DNA of 64,000 bases from a candidate division WWE3 bacterium GW2011_GWC2_41_23 (GTDB taxonomy: Bacteria; Patescibacteriota; WWE3; UBA101185; UBA10185), in assembly GCA_000996895.1 (NCBI GenBank), contig LCBB01000005.1, forward strand, positions 11,421 through 75,420, written 5' to 3'. The notes under the pieces are model-generated. The model made no database searches. It saw only the letters and a program-made list of their open reading frames with translations, and had not been told where the DNA came from. The translations under genes were made by a program, and so were the position numbers. Each line of letters begins with the position of its first letter. Positions within the stretch are counted from its first letter, which is position 1. Positions 29,224-38,441 of the stretch are shown piece after piece.

Positions 29224-30615
29224 ATGCATTCAGGAAAATTTACAAAAATCATTGCCACTCTCGGTCCTTCTAGTAGTTCCGAGAAGGTTATAAAAGAACT
29301 AATCACATCAGGTGTAAATTTATTTCGTTTTAATACTAAGCACGCGGACACGCAGTGGCATCTGGAACATATTAAAAAAGTCCGCGAAGTAAGCGGAAAG
29401 CTGGGAATCAATACCGGTGTAATTGTCGATCTACAGGGACCCGAATGTGTTTTGATTACTTCTTCAGGAGAGGAAATTACTCTTAAAAAAGACGACTTAC
29501 TAAAAATTAAAACCGATGTTTTACTAAATCCTCCCGAAGTGTACGACCAGCTAAATTCGGGGGATACTGTGGTTGTCGATGACGGGAAAATTGAATTTGA
29601 GGTTTCCGGAACAAAAGGAGAACTTTCTTTAAAAGTTGTGAACGCAGGGTTATTAAAATCAGGTAAGGGCGTCTCTTTTAAAAATAAAAAAATATCAACC
29701 CCGACAATAGGGGAAGATGAGAAAAAGAATATAAAAGAATTTTTGAAAAGCGCCCCCGATTTTTTTGCGTTGTCTTTTGTTAGAAATCACGAAGACGTTA
29801 TTAATCTCTCTAAATTTTTATCTGATAACGGGTCAAACGCCGGTATTATTTCCAAAATTGAAACGCAGGGCGGCATAGACGATTTTGATCTTATTGTCGA
29901 AAAAAGCGACGGAATTATGGTGGCGCGCGGTGACTTAGGAGTTGAAGTGTCACTTGAAAAAATCACTTATTACCAAAAAATGATTATCGAAAAATGTCGG
30001 GCTGCAGCCAAACCCGTGATTGTTGCCACTCAAATGCTGGAGTCCATGACCACAAACCCCTCCCCTACCCGTGCCGAAGTTTCGGACATTTCGAATGCAG
30101 TGCGTGACGGTGCGGACGCTGTGATGTTGTCGGGAGAGACTGCAATAGGGAAATATCCCATCGAATCGGTGAAATTTATGCATAAAATAGTGAGTTTTAA
30201 CGAAAAAGCTTTTCACGTTCCCGACGCCCTGGAATTTTCTAAAGACCGCACTTTTAGCATAGTTAAAGCCGCTGTAGAAATTATTAGATCGGACAACGGG
30301 CGTTCAATTTCAAAAATACTTGTAGCTACCGAAACAGGAAAATCGGCGCGCATATTTTCTTCCTTCCGTCCGGAGATACCTATAATTGCGTTAACTCAAA
30401 ATGAGGACACGTTGAAGAAATTAGGATTATCGTACGGTGTCCTACCCAATAAAATCGAATTTCCCGAACACGGTTTAGTGGACGTTACCGAGATAGCACA
30501 CGAGCTGGAAAAAAGAGGAATTCTATCTAAAGGTGAAAATATAATTGTTGTGCACGGAAAGAGATGGCAGGATCCCGGGAATACTAATTCTTTGTATGTT
30601 TTTAATGTTAGTTAA
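29224..30615 (+). CDS. pyk: pyruvate kinase
   Basis: TKIIATLGP, DLQGP, MVARGDLGVE, ATQMLESM and PTRAEVSD motifs. Confidence 0.97.
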   Translation: MHSGKFTKIIATLGPSSSSEKVIKELITSGVNLFRFNTKHADTQWHLEHIKKVREVSGKLGINTGVIVDLQGPECVLITSSGEEITLKKDDLLKIKTDVLLNPPEVYDQLNSGDTVVVDDGKIEFEVSGTKGELSLKVVNAGLLKSGKGVSFKNKKISTPTIGEDEKKNIKEFLKSAPDFFALSFVRNHEDVINLSKFLSDNGSNAGIISKIETQGGIDDFDLIVEKSDGIMVARGDLGVEVSLEKITYYQKMIIEKCRAAAKPVIVATQMLESMTTNPSPTRAEVSDISNAVRDGADAVMLSGETAIGKYPIESVKFMHKIVSFNEKAFHVPDALEFSKDRTFSIVKAAVEIIRSDNGRSISKILVATETGKSARIFSSFRPEIPIIALTQNEDTLKKLGLSYGVLPNKIEFPEHGLVDVTEIAHELEKRGILSKGENIIVVHGKRWQDPGNTNSLYVFNVS

Positions 30616-30619
30616 GACG

Positions 30620-31165
30620 CTACTCGCAAGGCACTCCCCACACACCAAGATTATTTTGTTTAGCAATATTCTGTGCAGAAACGTACAGGTCTTTATATTT
30701 GTAATTTTTATCGTAGGTGTATTCTTTCGCTGCTCCCAGTTCCACCATCTTGCCGTTAACGTTTAATCCGGTTCCGGTGTGAATGTACCGCAAAAGTCTA
30801 TCGTATTTATCTTTATCCCCTTGGGTGGAATCATCTTCCAATAGCACGGTTTGATTTTCCAGAAGTTTTTCAAGCTCCGTCCTGCTCCAGTCTCCCCTGC
30901 AATCGGCCGATTCCGGTGCGTTTATGCCTATTAGGCGGACACTTTGCTCGGTGCCCCCTATAAGTACTTTGATAGTGTCCCCGTCGACAACCTTAGTCAG
31001 AGTAACTTGATTTTGGATGGCTTCGGGCGCTCGAGTAGCTTTAGAGAGGACTCCCGGCAGTTTATTAAGGTTCCTGTATATTCCGTACCCTATCAGCGAT
31101 ACCAGCAGGACGTACGCTAGCAAATACAGAAGCTTTTTTACTTCAAATCTTCTTACTTCTTTCAC
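30620..31165 (-). CDS. thermonuclease (SNase) family protein
   Basis: VVDGDT, VRLIGINAPE and DKYDRLLRY motifs. GTG 31165 lies 6 nt after TACACT. Confidence 0.9.
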   Translation of the reverse strand: MKEVRRFEVKKLLYLLAYVLLVSLIGYGIYRNLNKLPGVLSKATRAPEAIQNQVTLTKVVDGDTIKVLIGGTEQSVRLIGINAPESADCRGDWSRTELEKLLENQTVLLEDDSTQGDKDKYDRLLRYIHTGTGLNVNGKMVELGAAKEYTYDKNYKYKDLYVSAQNIAKQNNLGVWGVPCE

Positions 31166-31210
31166 ACTGTTAGTGTAAGCTATATTTTCACGCGAGCACA
31201 ATTTTATTTC

Positions 31211-31681
31211 TTACTCTACAGTAAGTGTGCCGACCATTCCCATTTTTCTGTGTTCGCCGACCGAGCAGTAGAATTCAAACGTTCCTGCTTTGTCTGCTAT
31301 GAACTCAACCGTATCGGTTTCGCCCGTCTTAATTACTTTTGTAGCTGCGTTGAATTCGTCGATTTGGAAGTCGTGAAATCCGTCTATATTCTTAAATTCG
31401 ACAATGACCTTATCCCCAACTTTAACAGTTATTACGTTAGGTACAAATTTAAAACTGCTTCCTTCGATTGTTACTTTTACTTCGTTAGGCACTGTTTCCT
31501 CCTCTGTAGCGGTAGGTTCGGCTTCTTCCTCTACGTTAATTACATTGTTAGCTACGGTGTTTGTTACCGGAGGAGTTTTTGGCGCCGGTTTATTAAAAAG
31601 AAAATATATACCCACAACCACTAAAATTAATACTAAAGCTAAATAAGGGAAGTTTTGTTTTTTTGTTGCTTCTGGTTCCAT
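31211..31681 (-). CDS. cupredoxin/plastocyanin-like blue copper protein, membrane anchored
   Basis: FHDF ... FYCSVGEHRKMGM supplies type-1 Cu ligands (H, C, H, M). Confidence 0.88.
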   Translation of the reverse strand: MEPEATKKQNFPYLALVLILVVVGIYFLFNKPAPKTPPVTNTVANNVINVEEEAEPTATEEETVPNEVKVTIEGSSFKFVPNVITVKVGDKVIVEFKNIDGFHDFQIDEFNAATKVIKTGETDTVEFIADKAGTFEFYCSVGEHRKMGMVGTLTVE

Positions 31682-31908
31682 AAACGTCTTTAATAAATAT
31701 TAAACAAATAGATACTTGTCAATATATTACACTAAATCAAGCCGGCTGCAAGACCCCTCCCACTGTTTGACTATCAAGGACTCATAGTGTAATATCTAGT
31801 GTTTCGACGATTCCTGCCGGAAAGGGCTTAGATAAAGCCTTCCCTACCTTACCAACTACTTGCTGCGAGATGTAGCAACTTAAAAAGTGTAAGAAGGGGG
31901 TGAGTAAC

Positions 31909-32532
31909 ATGAAGAAAGCCATAATATACATGGCTGTAGTATTAGTAGCTGTTGGATTACTGTTCACAGTAAAAACCAAAGCTGCTGCATTTACAGGTAA
32001 TGGGGCTCCCAGCGGTGCTCACTATAACCTAAACATTATAGGAGTATTTAAAGACAAAACCGCACTTATGGATTCCAACAGCGGACACAGGATTTTCGTT
32101 CCGTTGACAGGAAAAATTAAGATCAACCTTTTACCCGGAACCGGTTTCGCAGTTTTAGATGCGAATGGTACCGACGGTAATGGAGCTACATTCAGTTTGC
32201 CTAATCCGGATCCCGATAATGACGGTGTAACTACTTACACTGTTTGGGCAAGAGCTTTAGGTAAACCGGGTGGTACATCCACCACAACTCCGTGTGCATA
32301 CCTGGATGGCGTTGAGTACTGCTCAACATCAAACGTTGTGTTAGTCAGAGAAAAGGGCAAGAGCTCTTTTACTAACGTAACTTCACAACTCCTGTATGTA
32401 TATGTTGACCTTGATGGCGATGGGGTTGAAGAAAGATATCCGTTATTTGATCCCGCACTTCAGGATTATTTCTGGAGCTACGACAACAACGGATTGAAGT
32501 TAGCTCAGTTTAGGTTCTACATGAGTGAATAA
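31909..32532 (+). CDS. secreted hypothetical protein
   Basis: Signal peptide, GAPSGAHYNLNIIG and a DLDGDG Ca-binding-like loop. SD GGGGGTGA, with a TTGACT-17-TAATAT promoter upstream. Confidence 0.7.
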   Translation: MKKAIIYMAVVLVAVGLLFTVKTKAAAFTGNGAPSGAHYNLNIIGVFKDKTALMDSNSGHRIFVPLTGKIKINLLPGTGFAVLDANGTDGNGATFSLPNPDPDNDGVTTYTVWARALGKPGGTSTTTPCAYLDGVEYCSTSNVVLVREKGKSSFTNVTSQLLYVYVDLDGDGVEERYPLFDPALQDYFWSYDNNGLKLAQFRFYMSE

Positions 32533-32611
32533 CAGTGCAGAACTAAAGCGGTTTGTTGTAAGTTTGGAAGGAGGCCTCAGGTAAAACGTTTGTCCAATTT
32601 ACCTGTTCACA

Positions 32612-32643
32612 AAAGCAGCCCGTTTTCTCTACGGGCTGCTTTC
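32612..32643 (+). terminator. intrinsic terminator
   Basis: AAAAGCAGCCCGT-tttctct-ACGGGCTGCTTT followed by a T-rich tail. Confidence 0.7.
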
Positions 32644-32716
32644 CCTTTTTTTATCCCCTATTAGTGCGACTTTTTGCCCCTTGAGTTAGTCCGTCCTTTC
32701 AATATACAATTTATGT

Positions 32717-33583
32717 ATGCCTAATAATTTTAAAAAGAAATCTTACGTCCTTTATTCTCTCCATTTACCAATTTTAATAGCAATTTTTGCCGTTGTAGCC
32801 GGTGGCTCGTATTTGGTGACCAACAAGGTTGCGAATACGCGTAATTTGCCTCAGGTACAGGGTAAGAAGACAGAAAAGACTACCGGAAGCACCAAATCCT
32901 TGAAAAATACCGACATAGAGGCGGGTACGACTGCAGAAGAGCACAAAAGGGTCGTAGAAAAGGTTGCAAAAGAGCTCAAGAACGTTGCCGAGGTGGAAGA
33001 AGCCGAAGGTAACGAAGTAGTCAGCGAGGAGCTTACCTTTATAGCTGAAGAGCAGGAAGAAACTGCCGAAGATACCGCAGAAACCCTCGAAGATATTGAT
33101 AGCGCTCCAAAGTGGAAGACTTTCCTTCTAGGTACCGACTATAAAAATCTCGGTCAGCTGAGAAGTACGGTTGCACATAACACTAATGCGATTAGACAGC
33201 TGACACGGACCGCTGAAAGAGTGACTACTGAGGGTGGGGACACGGCTATACAGGAGAACATAGCACTACTAACGCAGGAAAGGGATAGACTGGTTGCCGT
33301 AATACAGGCAGGGGAAAGTCAGTTTAGCTTATTAGGTTGGATTTCAAGGCTTATTACAGGATATGTACCTACTCCTATAGAAGATGAAACTTCTGATGAG
33401 TTAGAAGGTGTTGGGGATACACCCCCGGCCGGTGAATTAGAGGGAGTTGGTGAAACGCCTCCTGCGTCAGCAGATGATACGGAAGGTACGGGAACTACAG
33501 AGCCGGGCTTGGATGCCGGAGATACGGAGCCGGTTGAGTCCAGTCCCGATACTCAAACAGAGAATCCTGTGACGACTGAATAG
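32717..33583 (+). CDS. membrane-anchored coiled-coil protein with acidic tail
   Basis: N-terminal TM segment, G.DYKNLGQLRS and a tandem ELEGVG(D/E)TPPA repeat at 33398-33466. Confidence 0.65.
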   Translation: MPNNFKKKSYVLYSLHLPILIAIFAVVAGGSYLVTNKVANTRNLPQVQGKKTEKTTGSTKSLKNTDIEAGTTAEEHKRVVEKVAKELKNVAEVEEAEGNEVVSEELTFIAEEQEETAEDTAETLEDIDSAPKWKTFLLGTDYKNLGQLRSTVAHNTNAIRQLTRTAERVTTEGGDTAIQENIALLTQERDRLVAVIQAGESQFSLLGWISRLITGYVPTPIEDETSDELEGVGDTPPAGELEGVGETPPASADDTEGTGTTEPGLDAGDTEPVESSPDTQTENPVTTE

Positions 33584-33594
33584 ATAGACGGGAA

Positions 33595-35214
33595 TTAATA
33601 GTTAAATTGTCCGTATAATCTCTGTGATACACGTATTACGTGTATAGGTGTGTTTTCGCGCTTTATTTCATAGACTATTGGGAAAGTATTTTGGTAGGCA
33701 GCATCATCTGTTTGTTTCCTCAATTGTTCATTGAATGTATCACAGATTATCACGTCGGCATCGCGCGATCTTCCGACAAGTTCATACTGGAACTGAGAGT
33801 AATAAACTACAGAGAACTGATTATCGCAAGCGTAGACCTTGAGGTTGTTAATTCCCGTTCCTTGAACGTTTTTTAGCACTCTCTGTGCTGATTCTTTATA
33901 AGCAGCCCCCCAATAATCTAACTCAAAATTTTTGTTTGCTCCCCTAAGTCCTCCTATGAGTTCGTTGTAGTAAATGTACTCATAAGGATGCAGGAAAATC
34001 ATTCTTACTAACGTAAATAGTAAATATATCGATACGGAGCTTAGCAAAACAAATTTCTGTTTTGTTTTTGCTTTATTGTATAGATCAACCAGAAAAAACG
34101 AAGCAAGCAAAACCAGACAGACCGCGAGATACAGAAAATGTCTAATTCCGTTATAGACAACGGGGTGCAGAACTATGTATATAATAAAGTTGATAAGGAT
34201 GGTCACCGAGATGATAGAAACCGGGTGAGAAACGTTATAGCGAAGTTTTTTTCTAATTATTAAAAATAATCCTGAACCCAAAGATAGCAAAACCGATAGT
34301 GGTAGTTGTAATGACAATAATACGGGTAAGTAGTGCCATGGGCGTCTCTCTTTTGAAAGAAACTCACCCATGTAAAGAATTTTATGATTCCATGTTTGAA
34401 ATTCGGTCGATTCGGTAACTATATATATAAGATTGGCAAAAAAGTTTGTTCCTAAAAAAGGTACGCTTAACACCCAAATAAATAGTGAAATCATTAGGAT
34501 AAGTGTCGAGTTTAGCAGGGTTTTTGCCCAGCTTTCTTTACCGGTTACTAATCGAAAAATACTAAATAGAACATATACTACAAAAAGTGTTGCTCCTACA
34601 ATCCGCATGCTTTGGGCAATTCCGAAAACCACACCTAACGCGAGAATTTCCACAGATTTGTTTTTTGGGTATTTCATAAAATATGTAATAAGTAGGATTC
34701 CTAGAAGAAAAATTGTCGCGAAAGGTATATCTTTCGGATTTGCCGGTATGTGGCCGCTCACAGCTGGCGTGAGTAACAAAAGTGCGGGTCCGACAATTGC
34801 CCTCGAGCCGTCGTCATACACTAAATAAAGTATCGCGTAAGAAAAAAGAAATAAAAAAAGTCCCAAAATAAGGTTTTGAAGATGAAACCACTCGAAGTAA
34901 TAAGAGGGGTTTAAGATGTTTAATAAGGCGGGGTAAACTCTTGAGTAGGTGCTAAATAAGGGCAGTTGGTGAGAATATTTGATGTTGTCAGACTTATCGT
35001 TCACAAGCTTAGTTGTGTACTCTAAAGTTGTGGGAGTTACTAGATAGGCTGAAAGGTATTTCCCAGCATCGTACTCGACTTTTTCGTCGTATGTAACCCC
35101 GAAGTCTTTATAAAGTAGTAATGACGCTGCAAGGTAGATTGCCGAAAAAGCAACAATATAAACGTGCTTATTTATGAGCCGTTTTAGTGCGTGTACAAAT
35201 CTTTTGCTATTCAC
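33595..35214 (-). CDS. ArnT-like GT-C glycosyltransferase
   Basis: GVTYDE, NPKDIP, PWHY, YNGIRHF, HPYEY.YYN and DYWG motifs. Confidence 0.78.
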   Translation of the reverse strand: MNSKRFVHALKRLINKHVYIVAFSAIYLAASLLLYKDFGVTYDEKVEYDAGKYLSAYLVTPTTLEYTTKLVNDKSDNIKYSHQLPLFSTYSRVYPALLNILNPSYYFEWFHLQNLILGLFLFLFSYAILYLVYDDGSRAIVGPALLLLTPAVSGHIPANPKDIPFATIFLLGILLITYFMKYPKNKSVEILALGVVFGIAQSMRIVGATLFVVYVLFSIFRLVTGKESWAKTLLNSTLILMISLFIWVLSVPFLGTNFFANLIYIVTESTEFQTWNHKILYMGEFLSKERRPWHYLPVLLSLQLPLSVLLSLGSGLFLIIRKKLRYNVSHPVSIISVTILINFIIYIVLHPVVYNGIRHFLYLAVCLVLLASFFLVDLYNKAKTKQKFVLLSSVSIYLLFTLVRMIFLHPYEYIYYNELIGGLRGANKNFELDYWGAAYKESAQRVLKNVQGTGINNLKVYACDNQFSVVYYSQFQYELVGRSRDADVIICDTFNEQLRKQTDDAAYQNTFPIVYEIKRENTPIHVIRVSQRLYGQFNY

Positions 35215-35218
35215 AGGA

Positions 35219-35887
35219 CTATTCGCAATTCATACTTTTCAAACACTGCGCTTTCTGCTCCTCTGTTTCCATCAGGTCACAAAGTGCGCAGGTGTTGCCT
35301 GTTTCTCCGGGTGTTTCAACTGTCTTTGTGAGTTCAGATAAATCAACAAACTCAACGTCCGTTGGTAGCTCGAATAACGACTGGTCGGGAATCCAGGGAA
35401 GACACTTATAATCAAAACTTTCCTGCAAAGCTTTTGCCTGTTCCGGAATGTTACCGGGTTCTTCAGTATCCAAGGATTCTTCATCCACTACAATTTTATA
35501 TCCTTGAGGCATTAAAGGACTCCATGTATACATTGCATTGTCCATTGAAATAAAATGGCTTTCTACGCTCGTGTTATTGGACATTGTAATGGTGCTGTCC
35601 CCCCTCATTTTGGTTCCTGAGACATATATGGTTCCCGTTCCTGTAGTTCCCTCTTGCTCCGGCGTAGCGTAGGTACATTTAACTGATTTTCCTAAAGTTA
35701 TTAAATCTGTGATTTTTCCTGAGAAAGAGCTTTCACTTTCTTGTCCCTCTCCTTTAATTTGGTTCGTTAGGCTGTCCGAATTGTCTATACCTGTAGATGT
35801 TTTTTTCAGAGTTTTGTAGCCGAAATAACCGCCTGTCAAAAGTAAAATTAATAAAAGAACTATGCCTATAATTTTTACGTTTTTCAT
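35219..35887 (-). CDS. membrane-anchored hypothetical protein
   Basis: N-terminal TM segment, GKSVKCTY and C..W.PD.S.FELP.DV.F. Confidence 0.65.
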   Translation of the reverse strand: MKNVKIIGIVLLLILLLTGGYFGYKTLKKTSTGIDNSDSLTNQIKGEGQESESSFSGKITDLITLGKSVKCTYATPEQEGTTGTGTIYVSGTKMRGDSTITMSNNTSVESHFISMDNAMYTWSPLMPQGYKIVVDEESLDTEEPGNIPEQAKALQESFDYKCLPWIPDQSLFELPTDVEFVDLSELTKTVETPGETGNTCALCDLMETEEQKAQCLKSMNCE

Positions 35888-36036
35888 AACCTAATTATAC
35901 ATCACACACCCAGCGTTTCCCGTATATATCCTATAGTACGAAATAGGAAAAAGTATTGCCCAAAAACCTTTATTGATATACTATAAGCCAAATTAGAATT
36001 CTCAAATAAGAGAAATTACCGAACGGGGAGGGAGAT

Positions 36037-36744
36037 ATGAAGAGAATGTTTTTAGTGGCATTACTGGTATTTGTTATGTTCGGGTTGTTAAACAACAGCG
36101 CAGCAGCGCAATTCGACAACGGCGAACAGGCACAAATTTACCCGGTTGTCCGTACTCCGTATCCTGAGCTTATTTACACACCGGAGGCTTGTCAGGAGGG
36201 GTCGGACAAGATTTGTTTCGGCGATTACTACAAGGTTTTGCCAAAGACTTCGTACGTGAACAAGGTAATTGTCCCCGACACAATCGTTATTCACACTGAC
36301 GACCAGTCCGGAAAGACGCCTGAAAAGTGGTTCTCTACTACAACGTGGAATGGTCTGGCAGGAAGAGACAGCGGAGGGCGCAGCGTGCATTTTGGTGTCG
36401 GCCTTGATGGAATCGGACAATTTCTCACGATGTACGAGGGTGGTGTAATACAATGCCGTGGCGCGGGCCGTAATCTTGACAGCCATTCTGTACAAATTGA
36501 GATGGGCGGCCGTTCGTATAACACTATGTTGAACGGTAAAGCCTCTCCAGCCATGGTGCGCTCTATTGAAATTATTACAGCGCAGACTGTCGACCTGGTA
36601 CTCGTTCTTATGGAAACTTATGATATTCCCATCGAGAACGTTATCGGCCACTACGAAGTGGAAGGTTCAGGTAAAACTGACCCGGGCGATATCTACCTTG
36701 AGCAGTATTTTTTGCCTTTGTTGAAAAAGAAATTAGGTAATTAA
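36037..36744 (+). CDS. secreted N-acetylmuramoyl-L-alanine amidase (Amidase_2)
   Basis: IVIHT, SVHF, S.QIE, VIGH and KTDPG zinc-amidase motifs, with a signal peptide and strong SD. Confidence 0.82.
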   Translation: MKRMFLVALLVFVMFGLLNNSAAAQFDNGEQAQIYPVVRTPYPELIYTPEACQEGSDKICFGDYYKVLPKTSYVNKVIVPDTIVIHTDDQSGKTPEKWFSTTTWNGLAGRDSGGRSVHFGVGLDGIGQFLTMYEGGVIQCRGAGRNLDSHSVQIEMGGRSYNTMLNGKASPAMVRSIEIITAQTVDLVLVLMETYDIPIENVIGHYEVEGSGKTDPGDIYLEQYFLPLLKKKLGN

Positions 36745-36839
36745 CTCTGCAAAGGCGCACTTTAAGCTCCGGTATTTTTTGTCAACTACCGGAGCTTTTT
36801 CTTTTATAATAAATTATGCTAGTATGTTTGTTCTGAGAT

Positions 36840-37901
36840 ATGAAAAAGTTTATTGCCCTTATCTTTTTAATTTCCGTTTCAATCGTAGCTCTGTACTTAA
36901 TGCGTACGGATAGAACCTCGGCAGTCACTACAAATATAACTTCACCATTTACAAAAGCGGAGCAAGAAGTTTACGTTTCCCCTATAAGCATTGATTACTT
37001 AAGGTCTCAGCAAATTGACTCCCCCGCCCCCATTATTGAGGAAGAGCTTTCTGATGGCTCAAATTATAAAAAGTACGTAGCCAGTTATATTAGCGAGTGG
37101 AATAAGATTTACGGATATTTGACTGTTCCTAAGGAAGCACCCCCCGAAGGCGGTTATCCCGCAATTATATTCAACCACGGCTATATTCCCCCGGCTCAAT
37201 ATGTAACTACCCAAAGTTATGTTTCTTACATAGACAGCCTGGCCAGAAACGGCTTTGTAGTCTTTAAAATCGACCTTAGAGGGCACGGCAACTCAGAGGG
37301 TTCTTCAACAGGCTCTTATTTTTCGTCAGCATACACGATCGATGCTATCAGCGCGGTCAAGAGTCTTCAAAAGTATGAAAATGTAAATCCGGGAAAAATA
37401 GGAATGTGGGGCCATAGTATGGGTGGTAACCTGGTGCTTAGAGCAATGTTGGTGTCGGGTGAAATAAAGGCGGGAGTAATTTGGGCGGGAGCAGTTTATA
37501 GTTATGAAGATTTTGCTAAGTACAGAATAAGTGACAATAGTTATGTGCACAGGCCGGATCTGACGTCAGAGCAAAGTGAAGACGTACATCGCGAAAATTC
37601 TATGGAGATCCAGAAATTACGCGATGGTTCCGAATACATAGATTACAATAATGATTTCTGGTCCTCCATATCTCTTACGAAGAATATCAATTATTTAACG
37701 GGGGCATTACAACTTCACCACTCGGTAAATGATGACGTTGTTAATATTGGGTACACGAGAGATCTTGTTGAGGTATTAGACAGTGCGGGAAAAGATTACT
37801 CCGTGTATGAGTACGAAGCAGGGGGACACAATATTGTATCTCCCTACTACGAAACGGCGATGCAAAGAACCGTGGAGTTTTTCAAAGAAAAATTACTTTA
37901 A
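36840..37901 (+). CDS. secreted alpha/beta hydrolase (S9 peptidase-like)
   Basis: HGY, D.RGHG.S, GHSMGG nucleophile elbow, D..V and GHN. Confidence 0.88.
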   Translation: MKKFIALIFLISVSIVALYLMRTDRTSAVTTNITSPFTKAEQEVYVSPISIDYLRSQQIDSPAPIIEEELSDGSNYKKYVASYISEWNKIYGYLTVPKEAPPEGGYPAIIFNHGYIPPAQYVTTQSYVSYIDSLARNGFVVFKIDLRGHGNSEGSSTGSYFSSAYTIDAISAVKSLQKYENVNPGKIGMWGHSMGGNLVLRAMLVSGEIKAGVIWAGAVYSYEDFAKYRISDNSYVHRPDLTSEQSEDVHRENSMEIQKLRDGSEYIDYNNDFWSSISLTKNINYLTGALQLHHSVNDDVVNIGYTRDLVEVLDSAGKDYSVYEYEAGGHNIVSPYYETAMQRTVEFFKEKLL

Positions 37902-38324
37902 GCCGGTTGAACCAATCCCTCCCCTATCCGTATTTCCGAGCGTTTCTACTTCTTCCAGCTCCATTTTTTCATAGTTTATTACGGAAATTTGGGCTACTCT
38001 TGTGCCCTTTTCTACCGTAACGGCGGCGTTTGTAACGTTGTAAACAATTAGCTTATATTCGTCGTTGTCCCCACTAAAATCCGAATCCCCTATACCGATT
38101 CCGTTGGCAGGAATAAGCCCGAGTTTGTGTGTCGAACTACGCGCGGCTAAAAGAACCCAACAACCTTGTGGAATTTCAAGAGCCACGTTCAGAGGAATGT
38201 ATCCTAATCCTTGAGGTTGAATTGTTGTGGTTTCGCGGGCAGACAAATCCATGCAGGCGGCGCCTTTAGTTTTATATTCAGGTAAAGGAATACTTTTATC
38301 AAATCTTTTTATTTTTATTTTCAT
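37893..38324 (-). CDS. dut: dUTP pyrophosphatase
   Basis: AACMDL, RSS, G..DSDF.G, RVAQ and RGG.GSTG motifs. Confidence 0.93.
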   Translation of the reverse strand: MKIKIKRFDKSIPLPEYKTKGAACMDLSARETTTIQPQGLGYIPLNVALEIPQGCWVLLAARSSTHKLGLIPANGIGIGDSDFSGDNDEYKLIVYNVTNAAVTVEKGTRVAQISVINYEKMELEEVETLGNTDRGGIGSTGLK

Positions 38325-38441
38325 TCCAGAAGTTTAGCACATAGCTAAATCGCACTGCTTAGTCCGTAATTATTTTATCCTCACTTTTTAAACAGTCTTA
38401 AGTTTCTAAGAAAGGATATTTAATGTAATATCCGATAACAA

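Noticed and set aside
36088-36651. 187-aa antisense ORF over the amidase
   Set aside because: A shadow ORF with no motif. The same applies to the many short antisense ORFs in the track.
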